Assembly: GCF_006345805.1 (NCBI RefSeq) | Contig: NW_021824710.1 | Location: 1-36,317 of the forward strand | DNA length: 36,317 bases | Source of the DNA: Octopus sinensis | Lineage: Eukaryota | Reading direction: 5' to 3' | Shown: positions 34,491 through 36,317 of the stretch, in pieces | Layout: the number at the start of each line of letters is the position of its first letter | Position numbering within the stretch: position 1 is the stretch's first letter | Notes under the pieces: model-generated | Databases searched by the model: none | Told to the model about the DNA's origin: nothing | The model's input: the letters and a program-made list of their open reading frames with translations, nothing else | Position numbers and translations under genes: made by a program

Positions 34491-36317
34491 AAACGAACCT
34501 GGTATGGGTGGGGCGCTGATTAATTTGGATCAATCGAAAGCTTTCGATATGGTAGACCATCGATACTTGGGGGCTGTCCTCGGAACGGCTGGCTTCGGTC
34601 CCGTCTTCCGCGGCTGGATAGCCGCTTTGTACAGAGGCATCCGTTCGGTAATTCGCGTAAATGGATATCTATCGAGACCTTTCGACATCGCACGTTCGGT
34701 CCGTCGGGGCCCCCTCTCGTCGCTTCTATACGTATTGACTCTCGAGCCATTATTGCGGAAGCTGGCAACTCTGAGGGGCATCCCGCGAGAACTGGGATGC
34801 GGGACGAGCGTGTCTGCATATTCGGACGACGTCACCGTCATAGTGTCTAGCCAGGAGCACATCGAGCAGCTCGGCGAGACGCTGAAAAACTACGAAGCGG
34901 TGACAGGAGCGAAAATCAACCGGAAAAAGTCAGTGGGCTTGCGACTAGGCACCTGAAGAAGCAAGCCCATGCCGTCCACCAGCGCCTCCGTCGTGGGACG
35001 CTGGACCGACGGTCCGGTCGAGTTGCTCGGGGTCTGGTTCGGTCCGGATCTCCAAGTGGAGAAGAACTGGAACGAGATAACGAGTAAGGTAGTCACTCTC
35101 GCCCGGCAATGGGCCGAGAGGAAACTGTCCCTAAAAGGTCGGGCGGAGGTGGCGAACATGTATATCGCGTACGTCATTTACTACCGCCTGACCATCGTGC
35201 CTTGTCCCGACCCTACCATCACCAAACTAGAACGCATTCTCTTTCGCTTCTTGTGGAAGGATGCGTCCCGATGATCAGGCGATCCATTTGCTGTCAACAC
35301 CCGTTAAAAGGAGGACTGGGCATGCCGTGGTTGATGATGCGCAGACACGCGCTGAGACTGCGACATCTCAGGCTCTATGTAGACGACGGTGAACAGGTGT
35401 GGTCGCCGTTTGTGAGGCACGCTTTCCCGCAGCTCGTCTCCATGACCGAACTACAGTCGTGCATCAAAAAGAGGCAGAGGAAGGGCGAATGGCATCGCGA
35501 GTGTCGCGTTGATCTCAAGCAACTCTGCCGTCCTGGGTCGACCTTGGGTGACTCCATCAAAACCAAAGCATTCTATAGGGGATTAGTGGACGGGAGGTAC
35601 GACGACGAGCTCGGGGCAACCTGGACGTCGACGAGGAATACCTGACCCGCCTGATCGGGACGACTTTCGAGCCAGGGCCCATGGACAACTTCCAGAGATC
35701 CCTGGCCTGGCAGTGCTAACGAGAAGCGCTATCCGTTCGGGATAAGCTCTACAGACACGGCTCGAGAAACATGGGGCCGACCTGCTCGAGATGCGGTCAG
35801 AGCGACGAAACCGTTCTGCACGCACTCGTGCAGTGTCCAACAATCTCCGACCAGAGAGCTTATGTCGAACAACTGCTGTCACGTGTGGGACTTGTCGGTT
35901 TATCAGCTGAGTCTATCGTCAATATTGTCACGCCTCCTTCTTTCAAACGGGAAGGAAGAGCTATTTTCATCATCCTTGTGGCTATGGCGAAAGAATGTAT
36001 CTGGTGGACGCGTCTGAAAGGATTGGAGACAAACACTTTCCTCTCTGGTCAATCTCTCATCAACTTCTTCAAGTACCACTTGAAAAGGAAAGTGAGAATA
36101 GAGAGGCAAGTTTTGTCTTGCGAATGTTTTAAAAAAAGATGGGTGAATGTAGCAAGGATGGCACGTATGAATGACCAACCACCTTGAGCATAATCCTATG
36201 AACCCAGAAATAGAAAACAGAGGGTTACCTACTTGCAAACAAATGTGGTAACATATAATAATATTGACCAAGGTTACGTGGTCTTTTTCGTAGGCTTTTC
36301 TTCCCACGGATAAACCT
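34491..36317 (+). mobile_element. 5'-truncated L1/Tx1-clade LINE (RT 3' half, zf-RVT region, 3' UTR)
   Basis: INLDQSKAFDMVDH, VNGYLSRPFDIARSVRRGPLS, AYSDDVTV, LSLKGR, TCSRCGQSDETVLHALVQCP; stop at ~36187; several frameshifts. Confidence 0.9.

Overview
AT-rich, microsatellite-dense eukaryotic DNA with no host protein-coding exon that I can support, so probably intronic or intergenic. The SINE families and repeat mix resemble a cephalopod (Octopus-like) genome; this is recalled pattern recognition, not a database result. Identifiable content is almost all transposable elements. There are several R4/Dong-clade non-LTR retrotransposons (RT plus restriction-like endonuclease), most of them abutting (TAA)n arrays. 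These include one near-full-length copy (about 13394-17314) at the end of a 6.5 kb train of insertions. Also present are a non-coding ~560 bp element, also in (TAA)n, plus Penelope-like RT/GIY-YIG remnants, two L1/Tx1 remnants, a Helitron remnant, a Merlin-like MITE and many tRNA-SINEs. Most notable are six sequence-unrelated short segments that fold as minimal type I hammerhead ribozymes, plus two relics. Each has a self-complementary stem III, and several have non-canonical cores (CCGAAGA; a compensatory G3-C8 swap; unpaired purines at the base of stem II). Two long foldbacks (about 275-300 bp arms) lie on or near these ribozymes. All structures were derived by hand and none is experimentally tested. 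Most listed ORFs are microsatellite translation artefacts. Coordinates of degenerate repeats are approximate.
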